Virus genome (UHGV): UHGV-0148165
Length of the DNA stretch: 64,000 nucleotides
Direction: 5' to 3' (one strand)
Source of the DNA: a virus
Made by a program: the position numbers and the translations under genes. Under the pieces are notes generated by a model that made no database searches, was not told the DNA's origin, and saw only the letters and a program-made list of their open reading frames with translations. Positions 39,572 to 52,548 of the stretch are shown piece by piece; the stretch's first letter is position 1; each line of letters begins with the position of its first letter.

Positions 39572-40480
39572 ATGTTTAAACGTAAATCTACTGCTGAACT
39601 CGCTGCGCAAATGGCTAAACTGGCTGGAAATAAAGGTGGTTTTTCTTCTGAAGATAAAGGCGAGTGGAAACTGAAACTCGATAATGCGGGTAACGGTCAA
39701 GCAGTAATTCGTTTTCTTCCGTCTAAAAATGATGAACAAGCACCATTCGCAATTCTTGTAAATCACGGTTTCAAGAAAAATGGTAAATGGTATATTGAAA
39801 CATGTTCATCTACTCACGGTGATTACGATTCTTGCCCAGTATGTCAATACATCAGTAAAAATGATCTGTACAACACTGACAATAAAGAGTACAGTCTTGT
39901 TAAACGTAAAACTTCTTACTGGGCTAACATTCTTGTTGTAAAAGACCCAGCTGCTCCAGAAAACGAAGGTAAAGTATTTAAATACCGTTTCGGTAAGAAA
40001 ATCTGGGATAAAATCAATGCAATGATTGCGGTTGATGTCGAAATGGGTGAAACTCCGGTTGATGTAACTTGTCCGTGGGAAGGTGCTAACTTTGTACTGA
40101 AAGTTAAACAAGTTTCTGGATTTAGTAACTACGATGAATCTAAATTCCTGAATCAATCTGCGATTCCAAACATTGACGATGAATCTTTCCAGAAAGAACT
40201 GTTCGAACAAATGGTTGACCTTTCTGAAATGACTTCTAAAGATAAATTCAAATCGTTTGAAGAACTGAGCACTAAGTTCAGTCAAGTTATGGGAACTGCT
40301 GCTATGGGTGGTGCCGCTGCAACTGCTGCTAAGAAAGCTGATAAAGTTGCTGATGATTTGGATGCATTCAATGTTGATGACTTCAATACAAAAACTGAAG
40401 ATGATTTTATGAGCTCAAGCTCTGGCAGTTCATCTAGTGCTGATGACACGGATCTGGATGACCTTTTAAATGACCTTTAA
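39572..40480 (+). CDS. 32: single-stranded DNA binding protein gp32
   Basis: Starts [17 protein letters not shown]; zinc site H-x12-C-x9-C-x2-C; acidic C-terminal tail. Confidence 0.95.
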
Positions 40481-40502
40481 TAAATTATATTACTAATTAA
40501 TT

Positions 40503-40528
40503 GGGGACCCTAGAGGTCCCCTTTTTTA
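40503..40528 (+). terminator. rho-independent terminator after gene 32
   Basis: GGGGACC-CTAGA-GGTCCCC then TTTTTT. Confidence 0.85.
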
Positions 40529-40552
40529 TTTCAAAAATTTTTTCACAAAACG

Positions 40553-40582
40553 GTTTACATCCTTGTCCTTCCATGGTACTAT
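40553..40582 (+). promoter_or_regulatory. T4-type early promoter (repeated cassette)
   Basis: TTCACAAAACGGTTTAC...ATGGTACTATACAACTATCAGC. Confidence 0.65.
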
Positions 40583-40625
40583 ACAACTATCAGCAATACT
40601 GCTAATAATTGAAGAGGAAAATAAT

Positions 40626-40853
40626 ATGGCTAAAGTTGATATTGACATCGTTGATTTTGAATATATTGAAGAAATTATTCGTAATCGTTATCCTGAACTT
40701 AGTATCACAAGTGTACAAGATTCTAAGTTTTGGAGTATTCAAATCGTTATTGAAGGTCCTCTTGAAGACCTCACCCGCTTTATGGCTAATGAATATTGTG
40801 ATGGCATGGATTCTGAAGACGCAGAATTTTACATGGGACTGATTGAACAATAA
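40626..40853 (+). CDS. hypothetical protein (75 aa)
   Basis: ATG 40626 with GAGGAAAA SD; track start 40563 is a TTG inside the promoter. Confidence 0.5.
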   Translation: MAKVDIDIVDFEYIEEIIRNRYPELSITSVQDSKFWSIQIVIEGPLEDLTRFMANEYCDGMDSEDAEFYMGLIEQ

Positions 40854-40860
40854 TTATCAA

Positions 40861-40880
40861 GGGGCTATTAAGCCCCTATT
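40861..40880 (+). terminator. putative terminator hairpin
   Basis: GGGGCT-ATTA-AGCCCC then TATT. Confidence 0.5.
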
Positions 40881-40898
40881 AAAATGAGGAAAATCAAA

Positions 40899-41285
40899 AT
40901 GGAAATCGGCAAAAAATACGAGTTAAATCCACATCGTATTAAATCTTTCATTGATATTAGTTCATCAAATGCTAATATGGTCGGCATCATTCAAGAAAAT
41001 GGTGGTTGGTTTGAAGTTAAATCAATATCAAGTTTAGATGGCTTTGATTATGTAACCGAAATCATTTGTGCTAATGGTGAAATCTATAATGATGATGGTA
41101 TGGGTGATGATTATTTTGAACTTAGTGAAGAAGAGTTTTATTGTTTCCGCGAATATAAAGAACCGACTTCTGAAGAAGATGAAGTCAAAGACAAGGTTTA
41201 TGGCGTAACAAAAATTCACTGCATTGTAGACGAAAACAATGTAGATGAAATCATTGAACTTTTGCGAAAAACTTTCAAAAAGTAG
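40899..41285 (+). CDS. hypothetical protein (128 aa)
   Basis: ATG 40899 with GAGGAAAA SD (alternative ATG 40884 lies inside the SD). Confidence 0.5.
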   Translation: MEIGKKYELNPHRIKSFIDISSSNANMVGIIQENGGWFEVKSISSLDGFDYVTEIICANGEIYNDDGMGDDYFELSEEEFYCFREYKEPTSEEDEVKDKVYGVTKIHCIVDENNVDEIIELLRKTFKK

Positions 41286-41314
41286 TTTACAACAGGGTAG
41301 TAGTGTGATACTAT
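41285..41314 (+). promoter_or_regulatory. T4-type early promoter
   Basis: GTTTAC then 18 bp then TACTAT. Confidence 0.6.
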
Positions 41315-41424
41315 TACCCTATCAAAATTAATGGAGAAAAGAAAATGTTCGCACCTTATATTATGGCAGCAGTTATGTTGGTCTGTTTATACCTTTTGAT
41401 TAAAGCTTGCTAAGGAGAATAAAA

Positions 41425-41667
41425 ATGAGATTACAACGTCAGAGCATCAAAGATTCAGAAGTTAGAGGTAAATGGTATTTTAATATCATCGGTAAAGATT
41501 CTGAGCTTGTTGAAAAAGCTGAACACCTTTTACGTGATATGGGGTGGGAAGATGAATGTGATGGATGTCCTCTTTATGAAGACGGAGAAAGCGCAGGATT
41601 CTGGATTTACCATTCTGACGTCGAGCAGTTTAAAGCTGATTGGAAAATTGTGAAAAAGTCTGTTTAA
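41425..41667 (+). CDS. hypothetical protein (80 aa)
   Basis: ATG 41425 with AAGGAG SD. Confidence 0.5.
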   Translation: MRLQRQSIKDSEVRGKWYFNIIGKDSELVEKAEHLLRDMGWEDECDGCPLYEDGESAGFWIYHSDVEQFKADWKIVKKSV

Positions 41668-41677
41668 GGAAAATAAT

Positions 41678-42706
<1,029 letters not shown>

Positions 42707-42707
<1 letters not shown>

Positions 42708-43255
42708 TGAAACAATACCAATTTTTAATTAAAGATATCCTGGAAAATGGCTACGAAACCGATGACCGAACAGGCACAGGAACAATTGCTTTGTTCGGTA
42801 CTAAATTACGCTGGGATTTAACTAAAGGTTTTCCTGCAGTAACAACTAAGAAGCTCGCCTGGAAAGCTTGCATTGCTGAGCTAATATGGTTTTTATCGGG
42901 AAGCACAAATGTCAATGATTTACGATTAATTCAGCATGATTCGTTAATCCAAGGCAAAACAGTCTGGGATGAAAATTACGAAAATCAAGCAAAAGATTTA
43001 GGATACCATAGCGGTGAACTTGGTCCAATTTATGGAAAACAATGGCGCGATTTTGGCGGTGTAGACCAAATTATAGAAGTTGTTGATCGTATTAAAAAAT
43101 TGCCAAATGATAGGCGTCAAATTGTTTCAGCATGGAATCCAGCTGAACTCAAGCAGATGGCATTACCGCCTTGTCATATGTTCTATCAGTTTAATGTGCG
43201 TAATGGCTATTTGGATTTGCAGTGGTATCAACGATCAGTAGATGTTTTCTTGGGT
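42707..43255 (+). CDS. td: thymidylate synthase Td, exon 1
   Basis: MKQYQFLIKDILENGYETDDRTGTG...VDVFLG; exon ends at U 43255 before intron 5' sequence TAATTGAGGCCTGAGTATAAGGTG. Confidence 0.95.
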
Positions 43256-44271
43256 TAATTGAGGCCTGAGTATAAGGTGACTTATACTTGTAATCTATCT
43301 AAACGGGGAACCTCTCTAGTAGACAATCCCGTGCTAAATTGTAGGACTGCCCTTTAATAAATACTTCTATATTTAAAGAGGTATTTATGAAAAGCGGAAT
43401 TTATCAGATTAAAAATACTTTAAACAATAAAGTATATGTAGGAAGTGCTAAAGATTTTGAAAAGAGATGGAAGAGGCATTTTAAAGATTTAGAAAAAGGA
43501 TGCCATTCTTCTATAAAGCTTCAGAGGTCTTTTAACAAACATGGTAATGTGTTTGAATGTTCTATTTTGGAAGAAATTCCATATGAGAAAGATTTGATTA
43601 TTGAACGAGAAAATTTTTGGATTAAAGAGCTTAATTCTAAAATTAATGGATACAATATTGCTGATGCAACGTTTGGTGATACATGTTCTACGCATCCATT
43701 AAAAGAAGAAATTATTAAGAAACGTTCTGAAACTGTTAAAGCTAAGATGCTTAAACTTGGACCTGATGGTCGGAAAGCTCTTTACAGTAAACCCGGAAGT
43801 AAAAACGGGCGTTGGAATCCAGAAACCCATAAGTTTTGTAAGTGCGGTGTTCGCATACAAACTTCTGCTTATACTTGTAGTAAATGCAGAAATCGTTCAG
43901 GTGAAAATAATTCATTCTTTAATCATAAGCATTCAGACATAACTAAATCTAAAATATCAGAAAAGATGAAAGGTAAAAAGCCTAGTAATATTAAAAAGAT
44001 TTCATGTGATGGGGTTATTTTTGATTGTGCAGCAGATGCAGCTAGACATTTTAAAATTTCGTCTGGATTAGTTACTTATCGTGTAAAATCTGATAAATGG
44101 AATTGGTTCTACATAAATGCCTAACGACTATCCCTTTGGGGAGTAGGGTCAAGTGACTCGAAACGATAGACAACTTGCTTTAACAAGTTGGAGATATAGT
44201 CTGATCTGCATGGTGACATGCAGCTGGATATAATTCCGGGGTAAGATTAACGACCTTATCTGAACATAATG
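43256..44271 (+). mobile_element. group I self-splicing intron in td (1016 nt) carrying I-TevI
   Basis: Exon 1 stops in frame at TAA right after LG; intron 5' and 3' sequences recognised; ends with G before exon 2 CTACCATTT. Confidence 0.9.
43387..44124 (+). CDS. GIY-YIG homing endonuclease I-TevI
   Basis: 245 aa; N-terminal GIYQIKNTLNNKVYVGSAKDFEKRW GIY-YIG motif; entirely inside the td intron. Confidence 0.95.
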   Translation: MKSGIYQIKNTLNNKVYVGSAKDFEKRWKRHFKDLEKGCHSSIKLQRSFNKHGNVFECSILEEIPYEKDLIIERENFWIKELNSKINGYNIADATFGDTCSTHPLKEEIIKKRSETVKAKMLKLGPDGRKALYSKPGSKNGRWNPETHKFCKCGVRIQTSAYTCSKCRNRSGENNSFFNHKHSDITKSKISEKMKGKKPSNIKKISCDGVIFDCAADAARHFKISSGLVTYRVKSDKWNWFYINA

Positions 44272-44583
44272 CTACCATTTAATATTGCATCATATGCTAC
44301 GTTAGTTCATATTGTAGCTAAGATGTGTAATCTTATTCCGGGAGATTTGATATTTTCCGGTGGTAATACTCATATCTATATGAATCACGTAGAACAATGT
44401 AAAGAAATTTTACGTCGTGAACCTAAAGAGCTTTGTGAACTGGTAATAGGCGGATTGCCTTATAAATTCCGCTATCTTTCTACTAAAGAACAATTGGAAT
44501 ACATTCTTAAACTCAGGCCTAAAGATTTCGTTCTCAAAGATTATCAGTCCCACGGCGTCTTGAAAGGAAAAATGGCGGTGTAA
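44272..44583 (+). CDS. td: thymidylate synthase Td, exon 2
   Basis: LPFNIASYATLVHIVAKMCNLIPGD...KGKMAV; exons sum to 286 aa. Confidence 0.95.
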   Translation, partial: LPFNIASYATLVHIVAKMCNLIPGDLIFSGGNTHIYMNHVEQCKEILRREPKELCELVIGGLPYKFRYLSTKEQLEYILKLRPKDFVLKDYQSHGVLKGKMAV

Positions 44584-44606
44584 TTTCAATTTAATTGCGA
44601 GGATAT

Positions 44607-44870
44607 ATGATTTTACGATTTAAAGATACTTCTGGTGTAGTTCTTTTTACACTTCCTAACCCAAGCGAGTTAGAAGTTCCAGGACCAAATCAGCCTATTA
44701 TCATTTATGGCAAAAAATATTATACTCATAAAATGACTCGTGAGTATTTTGATAATAAAATTTCTACAGTTAAAACTTCTTCTGATTGTTACTATGATAT
44801 TACTGTTTTGACGGAAAAACAATATGTTGAATTATCACCGCGCGGGCCGTCTATGCCGGGTAGTGAATAA
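44607..44870 (+). CDS. hypothetical protein (87 aa)
   Basis: ATG 44607 with GAGGA SD; track start is a TTG. Confidence 0.5.
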   Translation: MILRFKDTSGVVLFTLPNPSELEVPGPNQPIIIYGKKYYTHKMTREYFDNKISTVKTSSDCYYDITVLTEKQYVELSPRGPSMPGSE

Positions 44871-45150
44871 ATATAAATCCGACTTTGATGTTAATATTCA
44901 CCGTGGTACATTTTGGGGAAATTACGTCGGTAAAGATGCTGGCAGCCGGGAGGCTGCCATTGAATTATTCAAAAAAGATTTTATACGTCGAATTAAATCC
45001 GGAGAAATAACTAAAGCACATTTAGAGCCTTTACGTGGAATGAGGCTAGGATGCACATGTAAACCAAAGCCGTGTCATGGTGATATAATAGCTCATATAG
45101 TTAACCGACTGTTTAAAGACGATTTTCAAGTTGAGGACTTATGCAATTAA
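44824..45150 (+). CDS. hypothetical protein (108 aa)
   Basis: ATG start; overlaps upstream ORF by 47 nt and nrdA start. Confidence 0.45.
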   Translation: MLNYHRAGRLCRVVNKYKSDFDVNIHRGTFWGNYVGKDAGSREAAIELFKKDFIRRIKSGEITKAHLEPLRGMRLGCTCKPKPCHGDIIAHIVNRLFKDDFQVEDLCN

Positions 45151-47405
45151 TTAATGTTATCAAAAGTAGTGGTGTTTCTCAGAGCTTTGACCCGCAAAAA
45201 ATTATTAAAGTTTTATCTTGGGCAGCTGAAGGAACATCAGTAGATCCTTATGAATTATATGAAAATATTAAATCTTATCTCCGTGATGGAATGACAACTG
45301 ATGATATTCAGACTATTGTCATTAAGGCCGCTGCGAATTCTATTTCGGTTGAAGAGCCTGATTATCAATATGTAGCTGCACGCTGTTTAATGTTCGCTCT
45401 TCGTAAGCATGTTTATGGGCAGTATGAACCACGTTCATTTATTGACCATATTTCTTACTGTGTAAATGAAGGTAAATATGACCCTGAATTGTTGTCAAAA
45501 TATTCAGCAGAAGAAATTACATTTTTAGAATCAAAAATTAAGCACGAGCGGGATATGGAATTTACTTATTCCGGAGCGATGCAATTAAAAGAAAAATATC
45601 TAGTCAAAGATAAAACCACCGGTCAAATTTATGAAACTCCGCAGTTTGCATTTATGACTATTGGAATGGCATTGCATCAAGATGAACCTGTTGATAGACT
45701 AAAACACGTTATCCGTTTTTATGAAGCAGTATCTACTCGACAGATTTCATTGCCAACTCCTATTATGGCTGGTTGCCGTACTCCGACTCGACAGTTTAGT
45801 TCATGTGTTGTTATTGAGGCAGGAGATTCATTGAAGTCTATCAATAAGGCTTCCGCTTCAATTGTTGAATATATCTCTAAACGCGCTGGAATTGGTATTA
45901 ACGTTGGTATGATTCGTGCCGAAGGTTCTAAGATTGGCATGGGTGAAGTACGCCATACTGGTGTTATTCCTTTTTGGAAACATTTTCAGACTGCAGTTAA
46001 ATCATGTTCACAGGGTGGAATTCGTGGCGGCGCTGCTACTGCTTATTATCCTATTTGGCATTTGGAAGTTGAAAATCTTCTCGTTTTGAAAAATAACAAA
46101 GGCGTAGAAGAAAACCGCATTCGTCATATGGATTATGGTGTTCAACTGAATGATTTGATGATGGAACGTTTTGGAAAGAACGATTACATTACTTTGTTCA
46201 GTCCCCATGAAATGGGTGGAGAGCTTTATTATTCTTATTTTAAAGACCAAGACCGTTTCCGTGAATTATACGAAGCAGCAGAAAAAGACCCTAATATTCG
46301 TAAAAAGCGTATTAAAGCCCGTGAACTATTTGAATTGCTCATGACTGAACGTTCAGGAACAGCAAGGATTTATGTACAGTTCATTGATAATACGAATAAC
46401 TATACTCCGTTTATTCGTGAAAAGGCACCTATTCGTCAGAGTAACTTGTGCTGTGAAATTGCTATTCCAACAAATGATGTGAATAGTCCTGATGCTGAAA
46501 TTGGATTGTGTACTCTCTCTGCATTCGTACTAGATAATTTTGACTGGCAAGACCAAGATAAAATTAATGAATTGGCAGAAGTTCAAGTTCGTGCTCTTGA
46601 TAATCTTTTGGATTACCAAGGATATCCAGTTCCTGAAGCAGAAAAAGCTAAAAAGCGTCGTAACCTTGGCGTAGGTGTTACCAACTATGCAGCTTGGCTG
46701 GCAAGTAACTTTGCTTCTTATGAAGATGCTAACGATTTAACACATGAACTATTTGAGAGATTACAGTATGGACTCATTAAAGCATCCATTAAGCTCGCCA
46801 AAGAAAAAGGACCTTGCGAATATTATTCAGACACTCGTTGGTCTCGAGGCGAATTACCTATCGACTGGTACAATAAAAAGATTGACCAAATCGCAGCTCC
46901 AAAATACGTTTGTGACTGGTCGTCGCTGCGGGAAGACCTCAAGCTCTTTGGCATCCGTAATAGCACATTATCAGCACTTATGCCATGTGAGTCATCTTCC
47001 CAAGTTTCTAACAGTACAAACGGTATCGAGCCTCCACGTGGACCGGTAAGTGTTAAAGAATCAAAAGAGGGTTCCTTTAATCAAGTCGTGCCCAATATTG
47101 AGCATAACATAGACCTCTATGATTATACGTGGAAATTAGCTAAGAAAGGTAATAAACCTTATCTTACACAGGTAGCTATTATGCTGAAATGGGTATGTCA
47201 ATCAGCTTCAGCGAATACATACTATGACCCGCAAATTTTTCCAAAAGGAAAGGTTCCAATGTCAATAATGATTGATGACATGCTATATGGATGGTATTAT
47301 GGCATTAAAAATTTCTATTATCATAATACCCGTGATGGTTCTGGTACTGATGATTATGAAATAGAAACTCCAAAAGCTGAAGATTGTTCATCCTGTAAAT
47401 TATGA
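45141..47405 (+). CDS. nrdA: ribonucleotide reductase large subunit NrdA
   Basis: 754 aa, same as T4 NrdA; N-terminal ATP-cone; conserved class Ia motifs. Confidence 0.95.
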   Translation: MQLINVIKSSGVSQSFDPQKIIKVLSWAAEGTSVDPYELYENIKSYLRDGMTTDDIQTIVIKAAANSISVEEPDYQYVAARCLMFALRKHVYGQYEPRSFIDHISYCVNEGKYDPELLSKYSAEEITFLESKIKHERDMEFTYSGAMQLKEKYLVKDKTTGQIYETPQFAFMTIGMALHQDEPVDRLKHVIRFYEAVSTRQISLPTPIMAGCRTPTRQFSSCVVIEAGDSLKSINKASASIVEYISKRAGIGINVGMIRAEGSKIGMGEVRHTGVIPFWKHFQTAVKSCSQGGIRGGAATAYYPIWHLEVENLLVLKNNKGVEENRIRHMDYGVQLNDLMMERFGKNDYITLFSPHEMGGELYYSYFKDQDRFRELYEAAEKDPNIRKKRIKARELFELLMTERSGTARIYVQFIDNTNNYTPFIREKAPIRQSNLCCEIAIPTNDVNSPDAEIGLCTLSAFVLDNFDWQDQDKINELAEVQVRALDNLLDYQGYPVPEAEKAKKRRNLGVGVTNYAAWLASNFASYEDANDLTHELFERLQYGLIKASIKLAKEKGPCEYYSDTRWSRGELPIDWYNKKIDQIAAPKYVCDWSSLREDLKLFGIRNSTLSALMPCESSSQVSNSTNGIEPPRGPVSVKESKEGSFNQVVPNIEHNIDLYDYTWKLAKKGNKPYLTQVAIMLKWVCQSASANTYYDPQIFPKGKVPMSIMIDDMLYGWYYGIKNFYYHNTRDGSGTDDYEIETPKAEDCSSCKL

Positions 47406-47456
47406 TATAATTTGACTCATGGACGAGTCACTATCTATTAACTAAGTGGAAAATTT

Positions 47457-48132
47457 ATGAGCACAGTTTTTAATACAAACCCAGTTGATGTTTTAAAAGA
47501 ACCTATGTTTTTTGGTTCAGGTCTTGGTATTGCGCGTTATGATATTCAACGCCATAAAGTTTTTGAAGATTTGACCGAAAAGCAATTGTCATTTTTCTGG
47601 CGTCCTGAAGAAGTAAACTTAATGATGGATGCTGCACAGTTTAATAAGCTTCCTCAGTATCAGCAAAATATTTTTACTAATAACCTGAAGTATCAATCAC
47701 TTTTGGATAGCATTCAGGGTCGTGCGCCATCTGCTGTACTTATGTCATTAATTTCAGACCCGAGTCTTGATACATGGGTTGCTACATGGACTTTTAGTGA
47801 AACTATTCACAGCCGTTCATATACACATATCATGCGAAATCTTTATACTGATCCATCGAAGGTATTTGATGAGATTGTATTAGATGAAGCTATTATGAAA
47901 CGTGCTGAATCCATTGGACGCTATTATGATGACGTTCTGATTAAAACCCGTGAATGGGAAAATGCTAAAGAATTTGTAGAACTAGCTAAAGAATCTCCTG
48001 ATGCTGTCTTTCGTTTAAACCGAGCTATTAAACAAGAAGCCGAAGCTAAACGTGCTTTAATGAAATCTCTTTACCTCTGTTTGCACGTTATTAATGCCTT
48101 AGAAGCAATTCGTTTTTATGTATCTTTTGCGT
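47457..48132 (+). CDS. nrdB: ribonucleotide reductase small subunit NrdB, exon 1
   Basis: Ends ...IRFYVSFA plus first base of the Cys codon; 3' boundary inferred from protein conservation and group I rules (exon ends in U). Confidence 0.8.
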
Positions 48133-49222
48133 AAAATGCGCCTTTAAACGGTAACGTTTATCGAAAACTCCTTTAATTGCTGGAAAGTCCTTTATAGGAA
48201 AACTAGCAGCCAAGGTTTTGCTTGCACCTTTAATTAGTATAATATAAATATGATTATACTTTTAAGAGGATGCACAATTGAACTATAGAAAAATTTGGAT
48301 AGATGCTAACGGACCTATACCTAAAGATTCTGATGGAAGAACATACGAAATCCATCATAAAGACGGTAACCGTGAAAATAATGATTTAGATAATTTGATG
48401 TGCCTTTCTATACAGGAACATTATGATATACATTTAGCTCAAAAAGATTACCAGGCTTGTCATGCTATAAAGCTTAGAATGAAATATTCTCCTGAAGAAA
48501 TTTCTGAATTAGCTTCTAAAGCCGCAAAATCTAGAGAAATCCAGATTTTTAATATCCCTGAAGTACGAGCTAAAAATATTGCCTCTATTAAATCTAAGAT
48601 AGAAAATGGTACATTTCATCTTTTAGATGGTGAAATACAGCGTAAATCTAATTTAAATAGAGCTGCATTAGGTATACATAATTTTCAACAAGCTGAGCAT
48701 ATTGCAAAAGTTAAAGAACGCAATATTGCAGCTATAAAAGAAGGTACTCATGTATTTTGCGGTGGTAAAATGCAGTCAGAAACTCAATCAAAACGGGTAA
48801 ATGACGGTTCACATCATTTCTTATCAGAAGACCATAAGAAAAGAACATCAGCAAAAACATTAGAAATGGTTAAGAACGGGACCCATCCTGCACAAAAAGA
48901 AATCACATGTGATTTCTGTGGTCACATTGGTAAAAGTCCTGGATTTTATCTAAAACATAATGACAGATGTAAATTAAATCCAAATAGAATTCAATTGAAT
49001 TGTCCATATTGTGATAAGAAAGATTTATCACCATCAACATATAAACGATGGCACGGCGACAATTGCAAAACAAGGTTCAACGACTAGTCTTCGGACGTAG
49101 GGTCAAGCGACTCGAAATGGGGAGAATCCCTCCGGGATTGTGATATAGTCTGGACTGCATGGTAACATGCAGCAGTTCATAAGAGAACGGGTTGAGAATT
49201 AGCGAGCTCAATCGAACATACG
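48133..49222 (+). mobile_element. group I intron in nrdB (about 1090 nt) carrying an HNH endonuclease
   Basis: Exon 1 reading frame hits a stop immediately after the conserved VSFA; 3' region shares core blocks with the td intron (TAGGGTCAAG-GACTCGAAA, ATATAGTCTG..CTGCATGGT-ACATGCAG); ends in G. Confidence 0.75.
48278..49087 (+). CDS. HNH homing endonuclease, I-TevIII-like (269 aa, TTG start)
   Basis: HNH motif EIHHKDGNRENNDLDNL; AAGAGGA SD 7 nt before TTG; C-terminal Cys/His zinc-finger-like region; middle and late promoter motifs upstream. Confidence 0.75.
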   Translation: MNYRKIWIDANGPIPKDSDGRTYEIHHKDGNRENNDLDNLMCLSIQEHYDIHLAQKDYQACHAIKLRMKYSPEEISELASKAAKSREIQIFNIPEVRAKNIASIKSKIENGTFHLLDGEIQRKSNLNRAALGIHNFQQAEHIAKVKERNIAAIKEGTHVFCGGKMQSETQSKRVNDGSHHFLSEDHKKRTSAKTLEMVKNGTHPAQKEITCDFCGHIGKSPGFYLKHNDRCKLNPNRIQLNCPYCDKKDLSPSTYKRWHGDNCKTRFND

Positions 49223-49725
49223 GTACCTTTAACTTCCATAAAAACATGGAAATCATGGAAGGTAATGCCAAGATTATGAAGTTCATTGCACGCGATGAAC
49301 AGCTTCACCTTAAAGGCACCCAATATATTATTCGTCAACTTCAATCTGGTACTGATGGCGATGAATGGGTTAAAATTGCTCAAGAGTGTGAACAAGAAGC
49401 AGTTGATATTTTCATGGAAGTTAACCGCCAAGAAAAAGATTGGGCAGTTCATTTATTTAAAGATGGCGATGTTCCTGGATTAAATACAAATAGCATGTGG
49501 AGCTTTATTGATTACTTAACTGTATCTCGTATGAAACAGTGCGGTCTTCCATGCCCAATTACCGATGCTCCGGTTAAACATCCATATCCTTGGATTCGTG
49601 AATATCTTAATTCTGATAATGTTCAATCCGCGCCACAAGAAGTAGAACTGTCATCTTATCTTGTTGCACAGATTGATAATGATGTTGATGATAAAGTTAT
49701 GATGAGTTTTAAAAAATACTTTTAA
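49223..49725 (+). CDS. nrdB: ribonucleotide reductase small subunit NrdB, exon 2
   Basis: Continues (C)TFNFHKNMEIMEGNAKIMKFIARDEQLH..., collinear with class Ia R2. Confidence 0.8.
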
Positions 49726-49730
49726 GGAGT

Positions 49731-49750
49731 GGGCCGCAAGGCCCATTTTA
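49731..49750 (+). terminator. rho-independent terminator after nrdB
   Basis: GGGCC-GCAA-GGCCC then ATTTTATT. Confidence 0.7.
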
Positions 49751-49752
49751 TT

Positions 49753-51340
<1,588 letters not shown>

Positions 51341-51343
51341 GCT

Positions 51344-51373
51344 GTTTACAAGTCCCTCATGTTGTGTTATAGT
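51344..51373 (+). promoter_or_regulatory. T4-type early promoter
   Basis: GTTTAC then 18 bp then TATAGT. Confidence 0.55.
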
Positions 51374-51404
51374 AGTCTTACTGACATAACATGAGGACTT
51401 TATG

Positions 51405-51908
51405 ATGGATTTGCAGCTTATTACTACTGAAATGGTCGTTGAAGCATACGGTGATACTACAGATGGGATTTCTGTATTCAAAGGAAATCGTCGAGTTGGA
51501 TATATCACCGATCTTAAGAAAGATTTAGCTAAGCAAGTCAAGCGGAAAACGACCATTAAAGAATATCGAAATCGTCGTCTTGAGCAAGCCCGTGATATGC
51601 TTCCTGATGCGGTTGAAGAGATGAAAGTCTTTTTAGAAAATCAACTCGCTAAGTATGATTGTGAAGTGTTCATTAATCAGACTCAACCTAATGTTCATAT
51701 CAATAGCTGTAAATGCTATATCATCGTTAATCCTTTAACGGGAAAACATCGTCTTGGAATTAGTAATCCAAATCGTAGCGCATCGGATATGGCAGAAGAT
51801 GTTGAGGCATGCTTTAAAATTTCTAAATCTCCAGCTGAACATCATATTTTAATTAACGGTCTTTCTCAAGACGATATTATAGAGGTTATTAAAACTTTAT
51901 GCATGTAA
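51405..51908 (+). CDS. alc: Alc (inhibitor of host transcription)
   Basis: 167 aa from ATG 51405 (GAGGA 6 nt upstream; alternative ATG 51402); position between rnlA and pseT. Confidence 0.7.
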   Translation: MDLQLITTEMVVEAYGDTTDGISVFKGNRRVGYITDLKKDLAKQVKRKTTIKEYRNRRLEQARDMLPDAVEEMKVFLENQLAKYDCEVFINQTQPNVHINSCKCYIIVNPLTGKHRLGISNPNRSASDMAEDVEACFKISKSPAEHHILINGLSQDDIIEVIKTLCM

Positions 51909-52252
51909 GTAATTTTACAGCTGGATTGCTATTACTTGTAATAGCATTTGGCGGAACATCTATTATTTTAAAAAATAAGGTAGAAAGATTAGAAACATCA
52001 GTTACTGAAATTACAAAAACAGCCAATGAAAACGCTTTAGCATTAAATAATTTGCGAATTCAGTATAATTATATTGATGCGATGAATAATAAAAATCGTG
52101 AGGCAATTGCTGCTATTGAGCGTGAAAATGAAAAACTGCGCAAAGATGCAAAGAAGGCGGATGTGGTGGCTCATAAGCCAGGATTGGTTGAAAAACAAAT
52201 CAACAACTCCTTCAACAAGTTCGCAGAAGACATCCAGGACCTTTCTAAATGA
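51899..52252 (+). CDS. i-spanin (Rz-like; T4 pseT.3 equivalent)
   Basis: 117 aa; N-terminal TMD (LLLLVIAFGGTSIIL) then coiled-coil-like region; adjacent lipoprotein partner. Confidence 0.65.
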   Translation: MHVSNFTAGLLLLVIAFGGTSIILKNKVERLETSVTEITKTANENALALNNLRIQYNYIDAMNNKNREAIAAIERENEKLRKDAKKADVVAHKPGLVEKQINNSFNKFAEDIQDLSK

Positions 52253-52548
52253 TTAAACTATCAGCAGTAATATTATCTATTGGTCTTCTAGTTGGTTGTT
52301 CTACAAAGCCTCTAGAAGTAAAGAAAGAAACAGTTCATCCTAATTGGCCTGTACAAATAAAGTCATATGATGAAGCTAAACTATCTTGGCAAGTTAAAGT
52401 TATCGATGGTAAAGCTTGGGTCGGTATGCCATTTGAAGATTCTCAGGAATTTCGTATTTGGCTTAATGATGTAAAACGATATGTACATGACCAGAAAACT
52501 ATGATATGTTATTATCGTCAAGAGTTAAAAGAGGATAAATGTAAATGA
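52249..52548 (+). CDS. o-spanin lipoprotein (Rz1-like; T4 pseT.2 equivalent)
   Basis: 99 aa; lipobox LVGCS after signal peptide; ATGA overlap with i-spanin. Confidence 0.65.
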   Translation: MIKLSAVILSIGLLVGCSTKPLEVKKETVHPNWPVQIKSYDEAKLSWQVKVIDGKAWVGMPFEDSQEFRIWLNDVKRYVHDQKTMICYYRQELKEDKCK

